A stretch of 64,000 nucleotides of DNA from Paramoeba atlantica (taxonomy: Eukaryota > Protista > Discosea), in assembly GCA_977017575.1 (NCBI GenBank), contig CDRNVI010000065.1:62001-126000 (forward strand). The letters run 5' to 3'. The first letter of the stretch is position 1. Each line of letters opens with the position of its first letter. A program made the translations under genes and the position numbers. The notes under the pieces were generated by a model. It was not told the origin of the DNA. It saw only the letters and a program-made list of their open reading frames with translations, and searched no databases. Positions 33,701 to 42,574 of this stretch are shown here, in pieces.

Positions 33701-35868
33701 GATTCCATTATATTCTCTACAAGCGCGACTACCGCAACTATTTGATTTAGTTTTAACAAAGACAAAACTGTGCTTGTCAACAGAATCTGAAGACCTGTAG
33801 CAATAATGCACCAACGCTGTGACTCATCTGCGTTTTTTGCGTACCCTACAAGAAGAAGGGTTTCTACCGTAAAATCTAAAAATGGCTTAAGTTGACGTTC
33901 CTCGATTATTATCTTGTTTCGAGGTCTTGAACCAAGAAAGCTGTGTCGTGTAGGAGAATCCGTGGCCTCCACAGTTTCAGAGCTCCGAACACCCGCACTT
34001 GATAAAATGGAGTACAATACCACAATGTATCCAAGAGTTTTAGGGTAGAACGAAGTCCCGTGCTCAAATTTGAGAACAGAACGCATGTCAATCTCGTGAA
34101 AATATTCCCCTGCCCTGTGGTTTGGATGCAGCAACTTCGTGCCGTTCATTGGTGCCAAGGTACCAACGCGGGTAATAGTGCTTAGTACGAATTCCAGTAA
34201 TGACTCACGAGTGGCTGCAGAACCAATTAGCAGGAATGCATGGGATATAATTTGAGGACTTGCCGGACTGCATACTATTTCAAAAGCAACACCTAAAATA
34301 TCAGAAGAATGGAACGCCTTATACTCATCATTTTCTTCGTCTAAGAAAAAATACAAGGCCTCGTACAGACTTAGGACTTCTGAAATAAAATCGTCTTGAA
34401 CGAGCATATCAGGGTTACCAACGGAAGCGTTTCCCCGTGCGCTGCCCTTTCGCGAGCTTCTAGAATCCTTTTTGCTGTTTGAAAACTGGCTTTGCACGAT
34501 GTTTGTTGTCGTAGATAGTAGATTCGTTAATTGCATATCAGGAAACAAATCCTGCTCAGCAAGGTAAGATACGACGTCTTGAGCACTTTCTTGATCTCTG
34601 ATCATAAATCGTATCACGCGCAAGTACAGGGAAACTGTACGGAGTAAATAGAGGTTTTGAAGAAGTGAATGCGAAGTCTGTACACATTCTTGGAAGAAGA
34701 GGGGACCGAATTTCCTAACGAAGAAGTTAAGCTGCGACTGGTTGCTCTTTAGACAAAGACCGTTAGCTGGATAAGTGCTTGAGGCCTTAATGTCTTTTAA
34801 TACAACTGCGCACAACTCGAGAAGGCATGGCACTAACCGAAAGTGATATCCACTGTGCGATTTCGTAAGAACATCTGTGTGTACAGTTGTATCTTGCACA
34901 TCAAGTCTCTTGGGAGAATAATCTATTTGAACGTTGTTCTTGACTCCATTATATGCGACATTCAAGTCGGAGGATTCAAGTTCGGTCTCCAGTTTTCGGT
35001 CAATCTGACAGCACCGTTGTAGTACGGGGCTCATGTTTACAACGAAGTCACACAACAGAGAATGTACGTACTCTGATAAAAGCTCGCGTGATAACTTACT
35101 GCCTAGGCTAGACTGAATCATGTACATAAGATGCTCGAATGCACTGCACTGGACTATATCAGGAAGTTCAGTGCAGCGAGGAGCATATGGGTTGACAGCC
35201 GATAGCATCATATCCAAATGGTTATCGTCCTCGGGAGATTGCGCACGTGTAAGACATGAAGCTTCCATGATCAAAATCGAGAGGTACCCATGAACAGCCT
35301 TGAGTGCGTCCGAAGGGAGACATAATCCAGAAAGATCCTTAAAGCCTTCGGATAGAATTTGAAAAAATGTCGTACGATGTAGAGAATTCGGCGAAAAATC
35401 AATGAGGAGAATGGCTCCTTCCACTTTTTGGAAGGCTTCAGAAGCGCGTCGCATAAACTTAGCTACGCAGAGCATAAGGATCACCTGGAATTCGCGTGCC
35501 TCTACTTGACCAGCAAAAAGCATGATTAGACGGATACCTGTTTTCATCATGAGGAAGAAATCTTGACAGTCCACATTGAAGCGTGAAACAATCGCTAGCA
35601 GTAAGCTAGTAAGTGACGTCATTGTGTTCCAGGATACTGTCTTGACCAAAGAGTTCGTTGGCAATCGACTCTCTTCAAGCGTGGAGCACAATTTCTTGAC
35701 TGTAGACGACGCGATTTTGTCGACCTCTAAGTAGTCGCCGCTATCCGGTGCTAATGCCCATATTCGTGCGGCTATGATATCAGATCCGGATACATCTTCA
35801 GAGAATAACGCCAATGATTCCGCCAGCGAAGGAATGCATGATGTCACTGCAATAGATTTGGAGCTCAT
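30766..35868 (-). CDS. Large alpha-solenoid protein (about 1700 aa), possibly Nup205/Nup192-like scaffold nucleoporin
   Basis: The long, Leu-rich helical ORF is certain. The family guess rests on size and on DMRSVLKFEHGTSFYPKTLGYIVVLYSIL, which resembles the Nup205 E....YP.T.AF..LL..L segment. Confidence 0.45.
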   Translation of the reverse strand: MSSKSIAVTSCIPSLAESLALFSEDVSGSDIIAARIWALAPDSGDYLEVDKIASSTVKKLCSTLEESRLPTNSLVKTVSWNTMTSLTSLLLAIVSRFNVDCQDFFLMMKTGIRLIMLFAGQVEAREFQVILMLCVAKFMRRASEAFQKVEGAILLIDFSPNSLHRTTFFQILSEGFKDLSGLCLPSDALKAVHGYLSILIMEASCLTRAQSPEDDNHLDMMLSAVNPYAPRCTELPDIVQCSAFEHLMYMIQSSLGSKLSRELLSEYVHSLLCDFVVNMSPVLQRCCQIDRKLETELESSDLNVAYNGVKNNVQIDYSPKRLDVQDTTVHTDVLTKSHSGYHFRLVPCLLELCAVVLKDIKASSTYPANGLCLKSNQSQLNFFVRKFGPLFFQECVQTSHSLLQNLYLLRTVSLYLRVIRFMIRDQESAQDVVSYLAEQDLFPDMQLTNLLSTTTNIVQSQFSNSKKDSRSSRKGSARGNASVGNPDMLVQDDFISEVLSLYEALYFFLDEENDEYKAFHSSDILGVAFEIVCSPASPQIISHAFLLIGSAATRESLLEFVLSTITRVGTLAPMNGTKLLHPNHRAGEYFHEIDMRSVLKFEHGTSFYPKTLGYIVVLYSILSSAGVRSSETVEATDSPTRHSFLGSRPRNKIIIEERQLKPFLDFTVETLLLVGYAKNADESQRWCIIATGLQILLTSTVLSLLKLNQIVAVVALVENIMESLGENLSSADYLPQSFSTAVSSMVHWLFVISFHAPLSGSQMEEVSRRVCRNSQLIYSVIRNLRFEDTSVRCMSLIFLCEIWVHYGMVGSLARDLCAQGKDAVACEDFSFVFSCMSSSSLVFEPGKVFLWNPRLWLNTLDWMCGSQSNARFGKLGGKMFSIEQLEECMLWGMKSLLLQHIIQLIHLPLPSMSSIILGLAASSTKFTRGSLLLLIEDAQSVQIALDQPLYHSLCLECLATLLSYTHIVSDFLLQQTRDPFIRIAGMVMEHFSSLRWNQVGWAMHCTATCIRMGYLLTENLPDLSNWLPLSIEMLPETKSLPNFSEYPRKNFLTGTVEHDLDIYGARALAGDDYESYLRELSIENKNMFLQYEILAFCQGWADVTLAYSSSAVEDTLICHFFKSSIVQVFIVVEKVRGYIKDKQALEKTVLDLLTSANVMLDFLFSHDALHSVDDDFQVAICKSLVEAVISFAEFTSYFHVLSMFSTLLSTGLTHNQCKILKYQASIIVSHLVKGCLCTLSGEDLPFPEQSIIIMTQLISHPTLAESYIEALDGTMLTSPLTTLFTHGWAKLNVELYNLLTSESEAKWRDSGYTRIAERFSELFSLQLMFSGTDSKRPKLIYRVLDAMQQIRTSHLIKGMATIETVQLLGSTPQRVEGTCALFSPLLELMCTMLSEFHVQEQWSNIVTTAETISSIMPLLSSGCVRCSSDLLEFLGPGSRNAATVALSVQHCHIGCDLNSIVIPEDGTPSTAIELSLTRRVGFLERVTRLIYLLSLTEPLQDASDSILPVFDMRAIFESLLSAPLLFECVPWHVSNILRNLCGICAQASNLFSEPASRYIPLGEQLIVPLLNCVQKIADWVPELQFAVQERKSLKNDDPPHFRENDLESPLLIAVCCSEIAVSVILREMHEVSSQSERANEATSLADSNRGSSGGSIMQKQLRAHCSTLLHHIEKISATISYSPAYEISQHTAILKCALNC

Positions 35869-36027
35869 TTCCAGGATAAGATAGTTATAAAAAAAGGTTG
35901 AGTTTCTCTTTCGTATAAAGTTCGATTGCTGCACTTCGCACAAAATAAATTTTCTGTAGAACAGTGGAAAAATATTTTCTAAAGTATGCCTACATCCAAC
36001 ACCAGATTTACATGTGCGTCTCTATGA

Positions 36028-38145
36028 TCAAGGGTAATCTTCCATCCGCAAATTTTGCTCAAGTTGATTTCCTTCCTTCTTTTTAACAGCATGATTGATT
36101 TCATGAGGAGGTAGGTCAAAGTCTTCTTCCTTGAGCTTCTGGACAGCGTCGGTATAATCGCGTTTCTTTCTGAGGCGAATACAGCGCAACATCATGCGCT
36201 GATATTCCCCCGGTAACTCGTTCCGGACAATTTCTTTGAATAATTCACGATGATTTCGTTCCAGTGAGGCCTTCGCACAGCCGAAGCGAATAGACCCACT
36301 GTCATGCCTCATCCATCGCCGAATAACTTTCTCAATATTAGGATCGCCTAAGTGAGCCAGATATTGGATATGCATGGCAAGTCGTTCCTTGTTCGTATAC
36401 ATCGGAGAAGGGATTTCTCGAGTAGATGGATACGCCCCGAAATCGGGTAGGATGGGCTGAGGTTGCTCTAGAACAGCTGCCTCTAGTGCCTCCACTCGTT
36501 TGCGCATCCCCAGAACACCCACGAGATCCTTTGATCGCTTGGCCCACGAGGCGATATAGTGCAACGCAAGAACCGCATCGATGGGAATATCGCGAGCAAA
36601 TTCGGTTTCAAATAATTGGTTGAAGCGTGGAATCAGACCTCCACCCCCGCACATGCGAGTGTTATCCGGCCAAACAATGCGAATGAATACTGGTGTAAGG
36701 GTTTCGGGAAGATCTCGCTTTTCCTGCCATAAGTATTTGAATTGCATTGGCTCAGCGGGAGGTAGTTTCACTTCCGTGCTGTGATGCACTTTAACCCAAA
36801 GTACTGATTTTGAATATATGCATCGGAAAGCGGACATTGCGATACCGGGGCCGTCTGCGCGGCTGTATAATGCCATTGAGCTTGTTCGCATTTCCGGAAT
36901 AGCAAACAGGAACGGACAATTTTCTATGTACTCAAGAATTTCCTCAGGTCTTTCATATTCACCGATAAAAAAGTCTTGCGTGTTTGGGTATTCTCGGAGT
37001 GGGGCCTGATGCATTAGAAGAAGTCGAGCCGACCATCCTAGATATCGCATAACGCTTCCATCATCTGAAGGCATATTTTGCTTCGAAAGGACCGTTTTGG
37101 CCAGTTCCCATTTCCTCACGTAGTCGGTGTGATGCAAATCGCGATGGTACACAGCGAACTGAGCGAATTCTGAAAGCACGCGACGAACCACTGCGGCAGA
37201 GGGTCGCATGGGTATCCAAGTTGCAGGAGGAAAATAGGGAGAAAGCTGGAGAAACAAAGTAGGAGTACGCGATGTCGGATCGACATACAGCTTTGATGGC
37301 TCTGTTCCCCGCGATGTCGGTAGTTGGGAACGGTGAGGGAAGCAGTATGCCTCTCCGATGCATACATAGACATGATTTTCATAGTTCAGAGATAAGGCTT
37401 GGCGTACCTCAGGATCAGGGTACGCTCCAGGGCGAGGAAACTCATAGGGGCCTATGGAATAGTTGTCTTCAGGATAGATGACAACGCGAACATACGAGTA
37501 AGGGTCGGCAAGAATGTATGTATCTTGAGAGTTCATTAACGATGTTTCGCTAGGATTATCTTGAAAAGAAGCATTGGTACTCGAGGTCGTATTTTTCAAT
37601 GACGTTTCGCTGCGATCTCGTGATTGTAGATCATCAGAATTAGTAGAATTAGTCTGGTGTGACGCCGTTGGACATATCTTCATAGGATTTTGTAAGGCAG
37701 TAAATTTTCTACCCCGTTCTTTTAAGGCTTGCCTAAGTACTGAAAACTCGGATTCCTCTTCAAGGAGAGATGCACGATACTCGTCATTTTCCTCGTTAAT
37801 ACGCAGACTTAAGTCAGTGCACAGTTCCGTAAGCCAAGTTGGCGGAGCTCTCAAAGTTGACTCGCATGAATCCAAGGCAGCGTCAGGAAATAACTTCCAA
37901 ATGTGCTGAAACTGTTTCAGTCGGTCTGTATTTGAATGTATAGGATTAATAGCGACACTATGATGGCTTTGCGATGTTGCTAGACGCCTTTGGAAGATGC
38001 CGCAAAATTCTGGTTTCAGGTATGTTTTTCGCCTGAGAGCCTTCATAACTTCACAGATTTTTCTTCTAGAAATATTATGGAATAGAGAGTAGTATCCAAA
38101 GAGTTCCACATTTCGAACAAAAGAGCATATAATTCCTTTCCACAT
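36028..38145 (-). CDS. Probable mitochondrial protein; possibly a kinetoplastid mitoribosome-associated subunit
   Basis: 705-aa ORF with an Arg-rich presequence-like start (MKALRRKTYLK...FQRRLATS) and a globular-looking core. The mitoribosome idea is impression only; the score refers to that product call. Confidence 0.35.
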   Translation of the reverse strand: MWKGIICSFVRNVELFGYYSLFHNISRRKICEVMKALRRKTYLKPEFCGIFQRRLATSQSHHSVAINPIHSNTDRLKQFQHIWKLFPDAALDSCESTLRAPPTWLTELCTDLSLRINEENDEYRASLLEEESEFSVLRQALKERGRKFTALQNPMKICPTASHQTNSTNSDDLQSRDRSETSLKNTTSSTNASFQDNPSETSLMNSQDTYILADPYSYVRVVIYPEDNYSIGPYEFPRPGAYPDPEVRQALSLNYENHVYVCIGEAYCFPHRSQLPTSRGTEPSKLYVDPTSRTPTLFLQLSPYFPPATWIPMRPSAAVVRRVLSEFAQFAVYHRDLHHTDYVRKWELAKTVLSKQNMPSDDGSVMRYLGWSARLLLMHQAPLREYPNTQDFFIGEYERPEEILEYIENCPFLFAIPEMRTSSMALYSRADGPGIAMSAFRCIYSKSVLWVKVHHSTEVKLPPAEPMQFKYLWQEKRDLPETLTPVFIRIVWPDNTRMCGGGGLIPRFNQLFETEFARDIPIDAVLALHYIASWAKRSKDLVGVLGMRKRVEALEAAVLEQPQPILPDFGAYPSTREIPSPMYTNKERLAMHIQYLAHLGDPNIEKVIRRWMRHDSGSIRFGCAKASLERNHRELFKEIVRNELPGEYQRMMLRCIRLRKKRDYTDAVQKLKEEDFDLPPHEINHAVKKKEGNQLEQNLRMEDYP

Positions 38146-38483
38146 TTCAGTTTAATTTTCTTTTAACAAACGTGCAATGCTTTTGTATCTAACACGGCAT
38201 TGAGCCCATATGACTTCTACTACGAACGCCAACAAATGCAGTGAGTGGAGTAAATCGAATGTGATATAAACACCTCGACGGAAATCATCGCCTTATCCAA
38301 AAGATGAGACTTGTACAGTGAAGTACGGAAAAAATTAATTTACTTGGGTAGCGCACTCCCGTACGTCTACTAGTGACCAACTCTAAGTTAACTACAAAGC
38401 TTTTTGCGGCACGCATGATGACAAAAAGAGTGCGTATGTAGCCTAGCACACCGCTTTGAAATGTTTCTTGCCTTTCGCGCTCC

Positions 38484-39311
38484 TTACATTTCAGAAAGCC
38501 AATGGCTCAATCGTCCCTTTAAAGAGCCTGCGTACATGTTACGCACACCCAACAAGAGAGACAGAGCAAGAATAATAAAATACATGATAAGAGTAAACGC
38601 TTCTAGCGAGACTAAGCCAACCATCGCTCGTGGCATAGGATATTGCGGAGGTGGTACTGACTTACTACAGCTGTACTGATCTTCTGCAAGTGTTACATTC
38701 AATGCTTTAGAGTGTGGATGATAATCGATCGGTATGGAGTGCACAAGATGACTTGTGGGAGGCTCTGTTGAAGGTGTTTTGCTTGCCATAAGCGTCAAGA
38801 GGCCCGAAACGCCATTCAAAAACATGTTTTTAAAACTTTCCGTCCCACGAAAGCCGGCATTTTGACACGACATCCAGAATCTTTCGGCAAAGCTACTTGT
38901 TATGTTCAAGTATACCGATTGGACACGAGGATCAGGACCACTGTCGGGCACGTATGAACGGATTGATACAAAATCGGACTGGTTTGGGGAACATGTAAAG
39001 CTGCACCACATACGCTTCATAGCAATGGAACAAGCGTCACAGCCTGCCAGAGTGGCTTGTAAAACAATAAAATTTGTAGCCATAGCGTGATACTGGCCTT
39101 CACTGCAGCATACTTGCTGGCCTTGCTGAAACGTGTCACATGCCTGTGTGATATTCCACGTAGCTGTGAGCGTGCTTGCGTTCGGGGCGTAGTGCGCACC
39201 AGGCACAGGCCCATCAGCAAAAGGGGGTGGTCGCATAACGCATGCACCCCGAAATCTCACCCCGTTGAGAAATAGCACATAAGCTACAGTGACGCCGATC
39301 GGTGAGAACAT
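38484..39311 (-). CDS. Stand-alone NPC1 N-terminal (sterol-binding) domain protein with signal peptide and one C-terminal TM
   Basis: CCSEGQY...LAGCDACSIAMKRMWCSFTCSPNQSDFV follows the NPC1-NTD pattern CC...C.AC..NF....C..TCSP.QS.F; hydrophobic N- and C-terminal segments. Start moved to ATG 39311. Confidence 0.8.
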   Translation of the reverse strand: MFSPIGVTVAYVLFLNGVRFRGACVMRPPPFADGPVPGAHYAPNASTLTATWNITQACDTFQQGQQVCCSEGQYHAMATNFIVLQATLAGCDACSIAMKRMWCSFTCSPNQSDFVSIRSYVPDSGPDPRVQSVYLNITSSFAERFWMSCQNAGFRGTESFKNMFLNGVSGLLTLMASKTPSTEPPTSHLVHSIPIDYHPHSKALNVTLAEDQYSCSKSVPPPQYPMPRAMVGLVSLEAFTLIMYFIILALSLLLGVRNMYAGSLKGRLSHWLSEM

Positions 39312-39485
39312 TTTCAGAATTGTCAAAGGTATTGAATATCAGAAACAGACTATTTGTAGCCCCCGGATCCCATTAAACAGACTACTTATGCCTGAGGTGA
39401 AAAAAAGAAAAATGACAATGAGAACGAACGGTTTTAGATACGAAGGGGTACAAAGATGGTGTTTTATAAATAAGATAGTGTATAC

Positions 39486-41651
39486 TCATGACGTGTCAAA
39501 AGCGGCATTTTCATGCACATGTGATGGACATTCACATAATCCATCCCCCTCCAGTAGTGGGATGGGAAATAATGCCAGAAACATACGTCGTACGACCCGC
39601 TCGACATCAACTTTAGTATCTTGATCATCACACTCAACTTTCTGCAGGTTAGTAATCGTAACGTTTCCCCCTTTTTCGTGTCGAAATGTCATCTCGCCCG
39701 TACGGTAATCCAGTTGGACGCCTTGAAAGTGTTGTGAGAGAAAATGATGAGCAGATTGCATTCGGAAAGACATATCCAATTCTGACTGAATATCTCCCAC
39801 CTGCAACTTTTCCAAGTGATGCAGTTGGAGTAAAGTGATACACACTGCATTCGCTATGACATCAGTATGTTTGGACATATTCCACTTGACGACCAGATTG
39901 TTTTCCGACGAATTGGTTACAGTATTCAACTCAACTATTATTGCTTTTGCGACGACGATTTTATGTTCGATATTGCCACGATGGTCAAAAACTGTATCTC
40001 CAATAGCGCTGTTTTCCGAATGCAGAATACAATTTTGAAAAGTGTTACACAGATGACTGTAAACGTCTCGAAGACTGATGGATTCGTCAACAGGAATACG
40101 CATACCGCAGTGTAGACGAGCCGTTCGCAGTCCACTGTAAATCTCCAAATCTCCTCTATTCACTAATTCCAGTGTTCCATCCGCTTGTGTGATGAGAATG
40201 GCATCCCTTGTAATGGACGTACTCGCGTGGTTTAACTCAGAGGCCAAAGTGCCAAGCGCAGACGCGTGGTTGGTCGCGCGTAACGGAATGCAGATCGGTT
40301 TAGTATTCAGTGTTGTAAGGGCAGTCAATGGACGGCTAGAAAAGTCTGAATTAAGCCTCTCGGAAAGCTTGGCCATAGCTTCGGAATGCCCATGAACTAA
40401 AATTACATGCTGAAGAGTAGGCAGACTCTGGATAAAATCATGCGTTTGAGCATAGTCACTGTGGGCGCTGAAACTCACGGTGTGAATCGTTTCCATTCGA
40501 AGAGGAAGCACACGACCGTCCTCCCCGTTTATTTCTTTAGGATGAGACATAATACTTTTTGCAAAGGTTCCTTCGACGCTGTATCCAGCGAGGATAACTC
40601 CATTGCGCCTATCGATACACCATCGTTCAAAAAGTTGTCGGCTTACACCACTTTGCAACATACCAGGACTGGCAAGTACAACACAAGGACCAAAGTCGTG
40701 AAAATTAGACAAATCCTTTAAACACGTAATGTATTTAAAGTCAAACGGATTATCGGTACCATGTTTAATATTCTCATTCATCTGAAAGCGATAAGTTTCA
40801 TAAAAAGCACTGCAGCGCTTAGACATGGAAGAAATAAAGTAAATTGGAACACTACGTAGCTCCTCGTGTTGCTCCCAATATTCATCTAACAGAAGTAAAA
40901 GCTCCTGTGCGCGTCCAAGTGCGAAAACCGGGACAAGACACTTGCCTTTGCGAGGACTCTGTATGACTTCTGTGACCCAATTTAGAAACTTCGCCTCTCT
41001 ATCTTCGCGAGATTCATGTATCTGAATTCCGTATGTACTTTCAACTATGAGCACATCGGGACAATGTGGAGGAGTCTCTGCCCCAACAAGATGTCGATCA
41101 GGATAACGGCTGTAATCCCCTGTGTACAAGATTTTTGCGCCCCCAATTTCTACGAGAAACATGGCGGCACCAAGGACGTGTCCCGCATTGTATGCAGTAA
41201 AACAAATCCCTCCACAAGCTTCTCTTTTGTGGTAATGAGTAGTCTGTACTACTTCCATAGTGTTGTCTAGCCATTGCGACTTTACTAGTTCCGAAGAGTT
41301 CGGACTTACTCTCATGAAATCCAACATTACCTTTCTATATATTGCTTTCGTTGGGTGCGTCATAAAAACTTTGCCTTCGAAATTAGTAGCGTTACACAAG
41401 TATGGAAGAGCACCACAATGATCCAAGTGAAAATGAGTTACTAAAACCAGGTCAATGGACCCACAGTTCAGATTGTCAAGAATAGGAAGGCTATCAAGTC
41501 CCATTCGCGCTGGGTGTAAGCCGCAATCAAACATAACACGCTTTCCTTTAAAGGTCACTACCACGCACGAACGACCCACTTCGCCCCCTGACCCCAAAGG
41601 CAAAACCTCAACGCTATCCAACGTGTCGGACGTCAATAATTCCATTGTCAT
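39486..41651 (-). CDS. CPSF3: Cleavage and polyadenylation endonuclease CPSF73/Ysh1
   Basis: PLGSGGEVGRSC, THFHLDHCGALPY, GHVLGAAMF, YTGDYSR, ESTYG, PVFALGRAQEL and SFSAHSD. Start moved to ATG 41651. Confidence 0.95.
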   Translation of the reverse strand: MTMELLTSDTLDSVEVLPLGSGGEVGRSCVVVTFKGKRVMFDCGLHPARMGLDSLPILDNLNCGSIDLVLVTHFHLDHCGALPYLCNATNFEGKVFMTHPTKAIYRKVMLDFMRVSPNSSELVKSQWLDNTMEVVQTTHYHKREACGGICFTAYNAGHVLGAAMFLVEIGGAKILYTGDYSRYPDRHLVGAETPPHCPDVLIVESTYGIQIHESREDREAKFLNWVTEVIQSPRKGKCLVPVFALGRAQELLLLLDEYWEQHEELRSVPIYFISSMSKRCSAFYETYRFQMNENIKHGTDNPFDFKYITCLKDLSNFHDFGPCVVLASPGMLQSGVSRQLFERWCIDRRNGVILAGYSVEGTFAKSIMSHPKEINGEDGRVLPLRMETIHTVSFSAHSDYAQTHDFIQSLPTLQHVILVHGHSEAMAKLSERLNSDFSSRPLTALTTLNTKPICIPLRATNHASALGTLASELNHASTSITRDAILITQADGTLELVNRGDLEIYSGLRTARLHCGMRIPVDESISLRDVYSHLCNTFQNCILHSENSAIGDTVFDHRGNIEHKIVVAKAIIVELNTVTNSSENNLVVKWNMSKHTDVIANAVCITLLQLHHLEKLQVGDIQSELDMSFRMQSAHHFLSQHFQGVQLDYRTGEMTFRHEKGGNVTITNLQKVECDDQDTKVDVERVVRRMFLALFPIPLLEGDGLCECPSHVHENAAFDTS

Positions 41652-41891
41652 GCTCACTGAATCATTAGTAATATAAGAGGCGTAACAAACAAGAAAACCT
41701 ACGAATATCAAAATGACATATTCAAAGTAGAACCACCAATAAAGCAACCGACTTCCTTTTAAAATATTTCAATCGTTTATGTAACCTACGAAAAAATAAG
41801 AATGCAAGAGGATTTACCTATTTTTATGTTTTTTTACCTCTTTGTATGTGAGCCGATTTGTCTAAACAGTCAGTAAGAACTAGACATAATT

Positions 41892-42380
41892 TTAAGCCCG
41901 GCTGCGCATGACCCGATTTTGCTTGCGTGTGAAATAAATATTAAGGTCCAATGGCTCTGTTACTCCAATTGTACGAGACTGATCGGTACCTCGGAATGTA
42001 TAAATCGCATGTAGGCCCATGGCTTTGTTAGGTACAGTTACAAGTGCATAGTGTACCGGATTCCTCACTGAAGACTTGATCGCTTTGTGTATACGAATAG
42101 AAAGTGGTCGATAGCTACTAAAAAGTGCTTGAAGCTCAGAGCGCTTCGTTGAGCTGTGCACTGTACAATGTATGGTGAAAGAACGAGTTTTGTCTTTGAA
42201 TTGTCTCTCATCCTTAAGGTTATTTTTCAGTTTGGGAGATTTTGAGTCCATTGTCCGTTCCTTTGTTTTTTTTCTGTCGTTCATGATGTCGTAAATGTCG
42301 GATTCGTCGCTGGAAACGTCATCTCCCACAGTTAGCGGTTTCCCCCATATGGCTTTAAGTTCATCTTCTCGGTTGCTCAT
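41892..42380 (-). CDS. Small protein with a divergent RRM-like domain
   Basis: SFTIHC...ELQALFSSYRPLSIRI...HYALVTV...LHAIYTF follows RRM secondary-structure order. Start moved to ATG 42380. Confidence 0.5.
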   Translation of the reverse strand: MSNREDELKAIWGKPLTVGDDVSSDESDIYDIMNDRKKTKERTMDSKSPKLKNNLKDERQFKDKTRSFTIHCTVHSSTKRSELQALFSSYRPLSIRIHKAIKSSVRNPVHYALVTVPNKAMGLHAIYTFRGTDQSRTIGVTEPLDLNIYFTRKQNRVMRSRA

Positions 42381-42574
42381 TGTTGTTGACAAACTAATAT
42401 CCGTCAAAAAGCATATTAAAAAGCATATTGTGTACTGCAGGGTCAGATACTATATAACCAATATACTGTACTTATAGGGTACAGTATAGTAGTAACGAGT
42501 CCAGATTCTAGAAAAGGGGTTGAAAGGTTTACCTTTTTAAAAGAGCACAAAGGAAAAAACATTAAAAAATACTT

